In this document: piece after piece, positions 35,826 to 46,866 of the stretch | Position numbering within the stretch: the stretch's first letter is position 1 | Layout of the letters: every line of letters starts with the position of its first letter | DNA from: Octopus sinensis | Taxonomy: Eukaryota | Assembly (NCBI RefSeq): GCF_006345805.1 | Contig: NW_021834585.1 | Location: 1-46,866, forward strand | DNA: 46,866 nucleotides | Direction of reading: 5' to 3' | Notes under the pieces: model-generated | Databases searched by the model: none | Seen by the model: only the letters and a program-made list of their open reading frames with translations | What the model was told of the DNA's origin: nothing | Program-made: the position numbers and the translations under genes

Positions 35826-36659
35826 ATGAAACAGAAAAACCAGAAAATACAGACCAATAACCTGCCTCCCTACTATGTTCAAGGCATTTACTGCAGTGAT
35901 ATCACAAAGGCTGAACAAGCACCTGGACGAAAACAAACTGTTCCCAGAAGAGCAGAAAGATGCCGCAAAGGCTCATATGGCTGTAAAGATCAACTAATGA
36001 TTAATAAAGCCATAACTGAAGACAGCCACAGAAAGAAGAAAGGCCTCAGTATGGCCTGGATTGACTACAAAAAGGCGTTTGATAGCTTTCCCCACACATG
36101 GATCCTCGAAACACTAGCCATTAACAAAGTAGCACCAACAATCATAAAATTCATAGAGCACTCTATGAATAAATGGCAAACAGTCCTACACCTCCAAACA
36201 AAAGAGGGACTCATGAAAACCAAAGACATCCCCATTAGAAGAGGAATATTCCAGGGAGACACGCTCTCTCCACTCCTTTTCTGCTTGGCACTGTCACCTC
36301 TATCTGATATGCTAAATAGAACTGGATGCGGATATAAATGTTACGGCAAAACGATCAGCCACCTTTTATATATGGATGACCTAAAACTATACGCTGCAAA
36401 TGACAAACAGCTGGAAACACTATTAAAGACAGTTCATGGATTTACCAAAGAAATAGATATGAAATTTGGATTAGAAAAATGCGCCAAAGTAACCATGAAA
36501 AGAGGAAAACTAGTTAAGAGTAACAACATCACACTAGATAAAACCAATGAAATAAAAGAATTAGACCAAAGCCAAACTTACAAATACTTAGGAATCCATG
36601 AACTAGATAAGACACAACACACACAAATGAAAGAGAAAATAAAAAAAAGAATATTATAG
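35826..36659 (+). pseudogene. Reverse transcriptase domain of the Dong-like element
   Basis: WIDYKKAFDS, RGIFQGDTLSPLLF, LLYMDDLKL, KFGLEKC, YKYLG. Confidence 0.95.
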
Positions 36660-37339
36660 ACGAGTTAGATCAATACTAAAAACAGAGCTCAATGCTAAAA
36701 ACAAGATAATAGGTATCAACACTTTAGCTGTCCCAGTTATAAGTTACAGCTACAATATTCTTAACTAGACACGAAATGAACTGACCCAAAATAGATAGGA
36801 AACAAGAAAAATACTGACAGGATCTAGGATGCATCACCCAGATCTGACATAGAAAGACTATATATACAACGTATAGAGGTGGTAGAAGCCTTATACAGCT
36901 GGAAAACTACTATAAATAACCACCATAGGACTGCAAAAAATACCTACTTCAGAAGGAAGGAAAACTGATCCAGATAGCAGCAAAACACGAGCAAAACAAA
37001 AAACTGTTCTCAGTATTTAAGGAAGCTGACAAATACAAACAAGAAATCATACCACCTAATAAACATGAAGAAGAAGATGAAGAAACAACAAAGTATAAAA
37101 CAAATGAAATCCAAACTAAAATAGAACAGCAACGAACCATGATAAAACGATGGCAAGAAAAGCCCCTTCATGGTAAATACTGCACTAAACTAAACGCAAA
37201 AGAAATAGACAAAGAAAAATCCCAGCAATGGTTGAGAAGCTCAGGACTCAAAGCAGAAACAGAGGGATTTTTAATTGCAGCACAAGACCAAAGCCTCCCC
37301 ACCAGAAATTACCAAAAACATGTAATGAAAAGAAATATT

Positions 37340-37916
37340 ACAAGTAAGCAGAATATGTGGAGATGGACAAGAAACAATAAATCATATTATCTCTAGCTGC
37401 CCAGTCTTGGCTAAGAAGGAATATATTCACAGACATGACAGAGTTGGAACCTACATACATTGGAAGCTATGCCAACATTATGGAATAACAGCAGAAAAAA
37501 GATGGTATAGGCACACACCAGAAAAGGTCACAGAAAACGAGAAAGCAACCATACTCTGGGATATGCCGAAACACACAGATAGAGAAATTAAGGCCAACAG
37601 ACCAGATGTAGTTGTCAGAGATCATGAAGAAAAAAAATGCTTTCTAATTGATGTATCAATACCGGCTGATGACAACGTGTCTCTAAAAGAAATGGAGAAA
37701 CTCTCAAAATACAAAGACCTGGAAATAGAGGTAACTAGAATGTGGAATCTGAAAACAGAAACAATTCCTATCATAGTAGGTGCATTAGGAATGATAAAAA
37801 AATATTCAGACAAATACATAACAAAAACACCAGGACTTACAAACACATATAACATACAGAAAATTGCACTACTAGGCACTGCACACATCCTACGCAGAAC
37901 ACTTTCCATACAATAA
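37340..37916 (+). pseudogene. CCHC knuckle and PD-(D/E)xK restriction-like endonuclease of the Dong-like element
   Basis: RICGDGQETINHIISSC is in frame with RHDRVGTYIHW...ANRPDVVVRD...LIDVSIP...EKLSKYKDL. Confidence 0.95.
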
Positions 37917-38072
37917 CCATCAGAGCATCACAACAAATCACAGCACATACCCAAGGCACACAGAGCTGTGCTCGGTAGTGAAGTGAAAGCATGCTATAAA
38001 AATAAAACTACTGAATAATAATGATAATAATAATAGAGTCAAAATTAAAAGAAGAGTGTCAGTGTTATCTAG

Positions 38073-38113
38073 TGAACGATATTTCGACACCTTGTGTGTC
38101 TTCAACTGGTTCA
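38073..38113 (-). ncRNA. Minimal hammerhead-like motif, CAGUUGA core variant
   Basis: UGAAC CAGUUGA A GACAC ACAAG GUGUC GAA AUAU C / GUUCA: 5-bp stems I and II, palindromic loopless stem III. Confidence 0.6.
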
Positions 38114-38330
38114 AAAGAAATAAGTCTGTCAATCTACTTCATTTTTGTTAATATATAAAGGATTGAGGTAACTCCTCTTGAAGATATAGAGTCAAAATTA
38201 AAAGAAGAGTTCCAACGATATTTCGACATCTTGTGTGTCATCTTTTAACTTTGACTCTATATCTTCAGGAGGAGTTATCTCAATACTTTATATATTAACA
38301 AAAATGAAGTAGATTGACAGATTTATTTTT

Positions 38331-38370
38331 TGAACCAGTTGAAGACACACAAGATGTCAAAATATCGTTC
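38331..38370 (+). ncRNA. Minimal hammerhead-like motif, inverted copy with G12A
   Basis: UGAAC CAGUUGA A GACAC ACAAG AUGUC AAA AUAU C / GUUC. Confidence 0.45.
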
Positions 38371-38695
38371 GCTATATATCGTTCACAAGATACAAAACAG
38401 GTTGGGTTTACATCGATCAAAGGGAGACCCACCACAACATTAAAAGATATAAAAAAAAGGATATCTAAATAAAAGTTAGAGAAATAAATAACTGATAGAC
38501 AAATATATAGAATATCCAATAGTGGGGTAGTCCACTTAGGATAATTAGGAGGTAAACCCCATGCAAAAGTCCTGGATTACTGTGCCATCCCATGGCATAG
38601 GAAGTGACATCTTACAGTTTCTTTCCTCCTAGTTAAAAAAGCATAGTCAGAGTAGCTTCATCCAGCCTCCCCAGTCTTACCACTCTTGTCCACCT

Positions 38696-39067
38696 TTTAT
38701 TTATTTATTGCCCACAAGGGGCTAAACATAGAGGGAACAAACAAGGATAGTCAAAGGGTACTTAATTTATCGACCCCGAAAGGATGAAAGGCAAAGTCGA
38801 CCTCGGCGGAATTTAAACTCAGAACGTTACGGCAGACGAAATACCTATTTCTTTACTACCCACAAGGGGCTAAACACAGAGAGGACAAACAAGGACAGAC
38901 AAAGGGATTAAGTCGATTACATCGACCCCAGTGCGTAACTGGTACTTATTTAATCGACCCCGAAAGGATGAAAGGCAAAGTCGACCTCGGCAGAATTTGA
39001 ACTCAGAACGTAACAGCAGACGAAATACCGCTAAGCATTTCGCCCGACGTGCTAACGTTTCTACCAG
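38696..39067 (-). mobile_element. SINE-A dimer with perfect 13-bp target-site duplication
   Basis: CTCTTGTCCACCT at 38683-38695 and 39068-39080; (AAAT)n tail. Confidence 0.95.
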
Positions 39068-39619
39068 CTCTTGTCCACCTCTTGATAAGCACACAAGAAA
39101 GCAGCATCCTCTCTCTACCCTCATCTTCCTTGAGAGCTTGATCGGGGAGGAAAATGCGTGACGAGCATCTACTCAAAAATCTCCGCCTAGAATTTGAACT
39201 TAGAATGCAGGGAGTTAAATCTAAACGCTGAAAGATATTTGGTACAGCACTGTACCCGCTTTTTGCTTGCGTGGATGGCTGGGTTGATGGGCGGCTGGAT
39301 ACGTTAGGCGAGAGATGAGGGTGGGACGGAAAACAGGAAAGCTATTAGTGTTTGTTTATATGAAAGAAGAGGAATCGCAGCAAACCGAGACATGGAATTC
39401 GGTTACAATCGACGGTTCACCTGGAACTGAGGCTGTTGATGTGGTAGGTGGGCGGTGAGGTGGTCTCACTCCACACACACACATTAACAGACATATACAC
39501 ATACACATACTAGCAGGGAGACAGACAGACACATACGCACACTAACACACATGCATACAACCTTCTAAATATATTGACGTAACGATTCTGTAAACTAACT
39601 CAATTGGCGCGGCTCCTAA

Positions 39620-39642
39620 AGCTTCGCATCGTCATCGACATC

Positions 39643-39686
<44 letters not shown>

Positions 39687-40050
39687 TATCGTCGTCGTCG
39701 TCGTCGTCGTCATCATCATCATCGTCATCATCATTATCATTATCACCATCTTCCTTTTCTTCTTCCTCCTCCTCCTCTTTTTCCTCCTCTTTCTCTACTT
39801 CCTCCTCCTCCTCCTCTTCTCCCCTCCTCCTCTTCTTCTTCTTCCTCTTCCTCCTCCTCCTCCTCCTCCTCCTCCTTCTCCTTCTTCCTCCTCTTCTTCT
39901 TCACCTCTTACCCCACCTCCTACGCATCCTCTTCTTCCTCGTCCATTTCTTTATTCTCGCCCTCCTCTTTCGCTTTTTCTTCCTCTCCTCCACCTCTTCC
40001 TCCTCCTCCTCCTCTCCTCCTCCTCATCATCATCATCATCATCACCGTCA
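39620..40050. repeat. (ATC/GTC/CCT/CTT)n compound microsatellite
   Basis: Direct inspection. Confidence 0.9.
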
Positions 40051-40379
40051 TCATAATTTGTTTATTCATTTCTGTAGGAGACAAGCTGAAAACTAAAATG
40101 TATTTGAAAGAAAGAAAAATAAAAGAAAAAGAAAGGAAAGAAATCCAACGAAATGGCAGTAGACAGGTTAATAGTGAGGGAGCGACCAAGACATCACCAA
40201 AACAACATCAACTGCAGCAGTAGCAGCAGTGGCAGCGGCAGCATCCCAACTGGATAAGGCTAGCTATTACATTAATAAGGAAAAGGATGGATTTCTTGGT
40301 GCATTGCATAAAAAGTAAATATATATGTAAAGTATAAGATAACACCGAGAAACCACACACTACCGTATGTGTGTGTATG

Positions 40380-40428
<49 letters not shown>

Positions 40429-40438
40429 GGTAGTATGT

Positions 40439-40498
<60 letters not shown>

Positions 40499-40528
40499 AT
40501 ATATGTATATATGTATATATATATATAC

Positions 40529-40561
<33 letters not shown>

Positions 40562-40626
40562 ATTATATGTATGTATGTATATATGTATATATATATATAC
40601 ATATATATATATATACATAATATATC

Positions 40627-40665
<39 letters not shown>

Positions 40666-40734
40666 CATACAACCATCCAGCCATCCAACCGTACATACAA
40701 TCTCTCTCTCTCTCTCTCTATCTATATCTATCTA

Positions 40735-40779
<45 letters not shown>

Positions 40780-40907
40780 GTCACCGTGACCGACCAGGCT
40801 ATCAGATGTTGTTACACATCGCTGGTCACAATGCACACAAATGCTGGTCACATACACAAATATATGTGTACTTATGTATGTACTTACATCCATTTTATCA
40901 GTGTGTA

Positions 40908-40938
<31 letters not shown>

Positions 40939-40942
40939 TACC

Positions 40943-41310
40943 TTCGTGGCACTCCGTCGGTTACGACGACGAGGGTTCCAGTTGATCCAATCAACGGAAC
41001 AGCCTACTTGTGAAATTAACGTGCAAGTGGCTGAGCACTCCACAGACACGTGTGCCCTTAACGTAGTTCTCGTGTGTGACAAGGTTGGCCCTTCGAAATA
41101 CAGATACAACAGAAACAGGAAGAGAGGGAGAAAGTTGTGGTGAAAGAGTATAGCAAGGCTCGCCCCCCCCCCCACCGAACCCACCGGAGCCTCCTAGAGC
41201 TTTAGGTGTTTTCATTCAATAAACACTCACAACGCCCGGTCTGGGAATCGAAACCGCGATCCTAAGACCGCCAGTCCGCTGCCCTAACCACTAGGCTATT
41301 GCGCTTCCAC
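40943..41310 (-). mobile_element. SINE-E head with the CGTCGTAACCGACGGAGTGCC tail
   Basis: Head matches 4234; tail matches 10683-10800. Confidence 0.85.
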
Positions 41311-41449
41311 ACACACCCACACACACACACTCTCTCTCACTCTCTCTCTCATACAACCACACACATGTTTTGCACATGCCAATACACGCAGATGTTTTGC
41401 AAAACGTACATATGTATGTATGTGTACGTCGTCTATATATGCGTATATT

Positions 41450-41508
<59 letters not shown>

Positions 41509-41537
41509 TATGTATATAATATATATATTATACATAT

Positions 41538-41571
<34 letters not shown>

Positions 41572-41589
41572 ATATATATTATATATATA

Positions 41590-41631
<42 letters not shown>

Positions 41632-41714
41632 ATATTATATATATATATATATATTATATTATATATTATATTATATAATATATATTATATATATTATATA
41701 TATATATATATATA

Positions 41715-43115
41715 TTGACCCCATAACCTTGAACCCACACACGTTTCAAGAATATTCTGTATTTAGTTTTTAATGACGATGTTTGTATAGAGTCCACTAA
41801 CCTACTGCGTTGTTGGTACACTAAGAGCAATGCCACCTGGTGGTAACCGAAATTACACACTATCTTTCTTCTTAGATAAGTAAAACATTTGTTAATTGTT
41901 TTGTATCACTGCTGCAGAAAACGATATATCACTTACATAAATTTAGGTGGCGTGAGCTACTTAAAATTACAGTAGACTGAAAAAACAGATGGACGTAAAA
42001 CGTCGCCTTGCTGTCAACCTTCAGTAGCATCTAGTTATTGGGTATCATTAGCGAAGTCCACTCTGTTTTTAAATGTTTTGACCACGTATCAGGTCACGGG
42101 ATAATCAATATTTTGACTTTATCCACTGGTGAGGCTCCACATCTTGTAACCACGTTTTTTATTTTTTATTTTTTTGATGGTGGCTAAGTAGTAACTCTTT
42201 AGTCATTTCTATTCTTAAGCCTTCACTGGCCCTGGGTTTGCAGTATGTGTCAAATGCTCCATATAAGGGTCAAGTAGAAGATGGTTCCGTAGTCAAAGTA
42301 TACAGAACGCAGTATGTGTCCACAAGATATGTGTGACGAAGATTCATCGATATGTAAACTAGCTCTTGATAGGGCCTATATCTAGGCCCTGTACTTCGAG
42401 GGAAAGCTCAGGCGAGCAAGAGACGAGCAGAATAATCAATAAATCAACAATGCTCTATGTTTCAGAAGAAGGAAAATCAGGCGCAGATGTGGCTGAGTGG
42501 TAAGAAGCTTGCTTCACAACCACATGGTTCTAGGTTCAGTCCCACTGCGTAAAAAAGTGGGTGAGTGTTTGCTACTATAGCCTCGCGCCGACCAAAGCCT
42601 TGTGATTGGATTTGGTAGACGGAAACTGAAAGAAGTCTGTCGTATGTTTGTGTGTATGTGTGTGCGTGTGTATATATATATATATCTATATCTATAGATA
42701 TATATTTGTTTATCTGTGTATGCGTGTTTCTGTCTGTCTCTGTCCCTACCACTAATTCACAACCATATTAGCGTGTTTACATCCCCGTAACTTAGCGGTT
42801 CGGCAAAAGAATTAGTATCAGGTTTTTTAAACACACAAACACGCAGGCACACACACGCATACACACACACACGCACGCACGCACACACACACACACAACA
42901 CACATACACACACACACACACACATATATATATGTTTTACTTATCTAAGAAAGAAGATAGCGTGTAATTTCGGTTACCACCACCAGGTGGCATTGCTCTT
43001 AGTATACCAACAACGCAGTGGGTTAGTGGACTCTATAGAAACATCGTCATTCGTCATTGAAAACTAAATAAAGAATATTCTTGAAACGTGTGTGGGTTCA
43101 AGGTTATGGGGTCAA
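41715..43115. mobile_element. Unclassified non-autonomous element with ~175-185-bp TIRs, inserted in (TA)n
   Basis: 41715-41888 and 42932-43115 are inverted copies (TTGACCCCATAACC...GGTTATGGGGTCAA) with TA on each side. No recognisable ORF; SINE-C nested inside. Confidence 0.85.
42478..42810 (+). mobile_element. SINE-C nested in the long-TIR element
   Basis: CAGGCGCAGATGTGGCTGAGTGGTAAG...GGATTTGGTAGACGGAAACTG...CCCCGTAACTTAGCGGTTCGGCAAAAG. Confidence 0.85.
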
Positions 43116-43139
43116 TATATATATATATATACACATATA

Positions 43140-43350
43140 TAGCCATGATAGATCGCTAGCCACTACACATTCTTTATTTTCTCTCCTTGTTTCTTTCTGT
43201 GTTTCTTTCTGTATTCCTTTCTGTGGAAGAGCGTAGGCTCGAAACGTTAAAGACTTTTCACTTCCTGAGAGCGTTATACTAATACATCTGGTTTGTTGTC
43301 TACACCACCTGTCTTCGTCTTTGTTTTTTTTATTGAAATCTCCCCTTGTA
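43140..43350 (+). mobile_element. Short hammerhead-bearing element (U6-variant family), copy 3
   Basis: 43217-43252: CUUU CUGUGGA A GAGC GUAG GCUC GAAAC GUU AAAG; TA tracts on both sides. Confidence 0.75.
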
Positions 43351-43377
43351 TGTATATATATATATATATATATAGAT

Positions 43378-43423
<46 letters not shown>

Positions 43424-43949
43424 AATTAGGCTGTCCGGAAAGTTCTGAATGTTTTTTTTAGCCAAATCATTTAATGCTTCATTGAACACACCTGCAATGT
43501 AACACAGTTAAAACTTTGTGTCAGGCTTTTAAAAAATGAATCAACTGGAGTCGATTCATTCGACAAATCCTCTTCAGACCGGTGCATCATCATGGCCGCA
43601 GTCTGATGACTGAAAGAGGCAAAGGACTAAAAAAATAAAAGAATAAATTTTCAGATTTTGAGATGCAGTTCCATGATCGACGATACCTGTAGACACGGTG
43701 CATAAAGTGTGTGAGAGAGAGAGAGAGAGGGGAGATAGAGATGAGGTAGAAGGAGAAAGGCTAAGTGGGAGACGGAGAATGGGAAAGAAGACGCTGTATA
43801 TTACTTTATTAACGTCGGTGTTGCTCTTGCCCCGCTCCTGCCACCAGCACTTGTGTTTGAAACCTTCCAGAAATGTCGTAGGTTCTTACCTTTTGACAAA
43901 TTAATACTAATAAGTAAATAGCACATACATACATCAATATTATATATAT

Positions 43950-43987
<38 letters not shown>

Positions 43988-43992
43988 CTATA

Positions 43993-44025
<33 letters not shown>

Positions 44026-44137
44026 ATATTATTATTATATTTCGGAATGGTCATTTTGCAGTTTAGCAATAAAAAAAAAAACACACGAACTATATATTTG
44101 GTGTTATTTTTTTTTATTATTTTATATTTTTAATTTT

Positions 44138-44191
<54 letters not shown>

Positions 44192-44345
44192 CATCACAAT
44201 CAAGGAACGGCCATAATAGGCCATTCACCCACTAGAAATAACAGCCAAAGCTGGTTTACGGAATTGATGTTTATTTGCGGTTGAAGCTTTGGCTGTTATT
44301 TCTAGTGGGTGAATGGCCTATTATGGCCGTTCCTTGATTGTGATG
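44192..44345. repeat. Perfect 61-bp inverted repeat with a 32-bp spacer
   Basis: 44192-44252 equals the reverse complement of 44285-44345 at every base; left end abuts (TA)n. Confidence 0.95.
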
Positions 44346-44457
44346 TTGAACTTAAAAATGGTATATGACTATTTAATTTTTTCCCACTAGGCCGCTGGTG
44401 GCAAAAAAATTCTACAAAATTTTTTGCCACCCTATATTGATTAATATATATATATAT

Positions 44458-44494
<37 letters not shown>

Positions 44495-45031
44495 CTATAT
44501 TTCGATGATTTTATTATTATTACTAGTATTGTTGTTATACATACAAGCATATGTAATGATAATAATAAGTGGATGTAAACACATGAACAAAATAAGAATA
44601 ACAAAAACAACAAAAACAAAATACAAATTACATGAACATATATAAACAGAAGATACAAATATTACAGGCATCCCCCCTCATACACACATAAATAAACATA
44701 AACGCACATAGAGATATAAGCATGCGCAAATGAAGACATACAATAGAAATACAAAATGGCTGACGGTTAGTAAGGAGAGACACAAATAAGAAAGAAGAAA
44801 AACAAAGGACCACTGATGCGGTCACAGGAGTGTGACGAAAGAACTCTGGCCGAAATAAGATTAAGATTAATGTAAAAAATAAATAACAATGAAGCAAAAT
44901 AACACCAAATATATAGTGCGGGTGTTTATTGGCTAAACTGGCAAAATGACCATTCCGAAATATAATAATATCTGTTTCAACACACGATTCACATAAAAAA
45001 AAATCTTGCAACAACAAATATTTAAACGTAC

Positions 45032-45086
<55 letters not shown>

Positions 45087-45094
45087 TTATATTC

Positions 45095-45255
45095 ACATTT
45101 ACAGGAAAACAAAAGACGAAAACAAGTGTAAGAAAAACAAACTGGTGTATTAGTTTAACGCTGAGAAGAATGGAAAAGTCTTTTACGCTTCGAGCCTACG
45201 CTCTTCGACAAAAAGGAATAACAGGAAAAATGGAAAGAGAATAAAAAAAAACGGA
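45095..45255 (-). mobile_element. Short hammerhead-bearing element (U6-variant family), copy 4
   Basis: 45180-45215 minus: CUUU UUGUCGA A GAGC GUAG GCUC GAAGC GUA AAAG. Confidence 0.7.
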
Positions 45256-45261
45256 TTCCTT

Positions 45262-45405
45262 TGAGTTTCCGTCAGCCAAATCCACTCATAAGGCTTTGGT
45301 TGACCCTAGGTTATAGTAGAAGACACTTGCCCAAAGTGCTAAGCAGTGGGACTGAACCCGGAACCATGTGGTTGAGAAGCAAACTTATTATTACACACCC
45401 ACGCC
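45262..45405 (-). mobile_element. SINE-C 5' fragment
   Basis: CCAAATCCACTC...GAAGACACTTGCCCAA...GGGACTGAACCCGGAACCATGTGG. Confidence 0.8.
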
Positions 45406-45914
45406 TGCATCTGCAACAAGATTTTTCACTGAATATAAATATACGCAAGTAATATAAACAATAAATGCAATAAATATGCAATAAGAAATTTAGAAATATG
45501 CAATAAATGCGCGCAATAAATCTCAAACAATATATGAAACAAATGTAAATGCTTTCCGCCCTCTACTTATCATCTGAACCTGTTGGCAACTGTTAGTGAC
45601 AGCATTACCAACATTCTTTGCCAACAGTTAGTGACAGCGCTAACAATAATCTCATCGTTTTTTATATCTTCCACTAGATGTAAATATTTTCATGTTATTA
45701 TATGTATATGATAGTTGCATATTTAGTTGCATCGGCTGAATGTTTATTTTACGCAATCCAGGGCTGTGTTACGTAGTGCAGCGTAATGCACTGTACGGAA
45801 GGGTAGCATTGTGTATTGCTGTGTGTAATAAATAGTAGTGTAGTGCAGTGCCTTGCTGTATAGTGCTATAAAATGAGCAGTACTGAATGGTGGTGTAATG
45901 CACTGTAGCAAAGG

Positions 45915-46580
45915 GGTGTACAGTAATGTGGGATAGTCTTATGTAGTGTGGTGTAGTGTACAGTAATGAAGGATAGCGTTATGTAGTGTGGTGGAGTGTA
46001 CAGTAACGATGGGTGGTTATGTGTAGTGTAGTGGAATGTACAGTAATGATGGGTGGTTTTGTGTAGTGTGGTAGAGTGTACAGTAATGAGGGGTAGTCAT
46101 ATGTAGTGTGGTGGAGTATACAGTAATGAGGGGTAGTCATATGTAGTGTGGTGGAGTATACAGTAATGAGGGGTAGTCATATGTAGAGTGGTGGAGTGTA
46201 CAGTAATGAGGGGTAGTCATATGTAGTGTGGTGGAGTGTACAGTAATGAGGGGTAGTCATATGTAGTGTGGTGGAGTGTACAGAAATGAGGGGTAGTCAT
46301 ATGTAGTGTGGTGGAGTGTACAGTAATGAGGGGTAGTCATATGTAGTGTGGTGGAGTGTACAGTAATGAGGGGTAGTCATATGTAGTGTGGTGGAGTGTA
46401 CAGTAATGAGGGGTAGTCATATGTAGTGTGGTGGATTATACAGAAATGAGGGGTAGTCATATGTAGCGTGGTGGAGTGTACAGTAATGAGGGGTAGTCAT
46501 ATGTAGTGTGGTGGAGTGTACAGAAATGAGGGATAGCGTTATGCAGTGTGGTGGATTATACAGTAATGAGGGGTGGTGCT
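45915..46580. repeat. 40-bp minisatellite, about 16-17 copies
   Basis: Unit TACAGTAATGAGGGGTAGTCATATGTAGTGTGGTGGAGTG with strict 40-bp period. Confidence 0.95.
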
Positions 46581-46866
46581 GTGTTAGTGGGGGTGGCCAT
46601 ATAGACCAATACGACAATGTGTTTCATTGTAGTATTTGTTGTTCTTTACAGAAGACAACCTTTGATCAAACAGACCTATGAACGACCGAAAATATAAAAG
46701 ACAAAGTTTACTTTGGTATGGTTTGAACTCAGAACCCGGAGTACCTTAACGAGTACCTTCGCACATGATTTTATTTGTTCAAAGCCAAAATGCGTATAGA
46801 AACAAAGAAAGCCAAATTGGGGTCGTGGTGTTGTTGGTAGTAGCAGAGGTGATGATGGAGGAGGTG

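Larger units (their letters stand above)
34071..38014 (+). mobile_element. Near full-length R4/Dong-clade non-LTR retrotransposon inserted in (TAA)n; disrupted
   Basis: 5' UTR, then ATG at 34296; Myb-like KRRKWTREEY...LANVRRYIL; WKAPGHDKIPNFWLK; RT; zinc knuckle; RLE. Long (AAT)n at 33978-34070 and short AAT repeats at 38014-38035. Multiple frameshifts and stops. Confidence 0.95.
38035..38385. mobile_element. Hammerhead-bearing fold-back with a 153-bp tandem unit
   Basis: AGAGTCAAAATTAAAAGAAGAGT at 38035 and 38188; 38241-38370 is the reverse complement of ~38074-38205. Confidence 0.85.

Noticed and set aside
43427-43450. Mariner-like TIR TTAGGCTGTCCGGAAAGTTC
   Set aside because: No partner TIR or transposase remnant found.
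9930-44084. Long ORFs made of YI, HT, CV, poly-T/V/I/L/M/K/P runs
   Set aside because: They are translations of di- and trinucleotide microsatellites, with no codon or domain signal.

Overview
AT-rich, repeat-saturated eukaryotic DNA. It is most likely from an octopus or related cephalopod; this is inferred from the SINE families and the extreme microsatellite load, not proven. I can support no intact host gene, and almost all long ORFs in the track are microsatellite artefacts. Recognisable content: (1) many tRNA-derived SINE copies from several families (working names A, C, D, E, G), including head-to-tail multimers; (2) five R4/Dong-clade non-LTR retrotransposon pieces (restriction-like endonuclease, RLE, type) from at least three distinct families, sitting in or next to microsatellites, one of them a near full-length but disrupted copy at 34071-38014; (3) RTE-type and probable L1/Tx1-type LINE 3' remnants; (4) a DD37D (maT) Tc1/mariner remnant, a mariner-type deletion derivative and an unclassified element with ~175-bp terminal inverted repeats (TIRs). 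The most interesting signal is not in the ORF track: about 16 minimal type I hammerhead-ribozyme-like motifs (CUGANGA-type core, stem II, GAAA, short self-complementary stem III, NUH). They sit in short non-coding repeats, mostly at or near (TA)n or (TAA)n tracts, and several form fold-backs in which the ribozyme-sense strands point away from the centre (1446-1914, 7980-8252, 29722-30715, 38035-38385). One carries ~340-bp tandem units resembling a retrozyme array. Six motifs share a non-canonical U at core position 6. This resembles non-autonomous Penelope-like/retrozyme elements, but no Penelope RT or GIY-YIG ORF is visible here and cleavage activity is untested.
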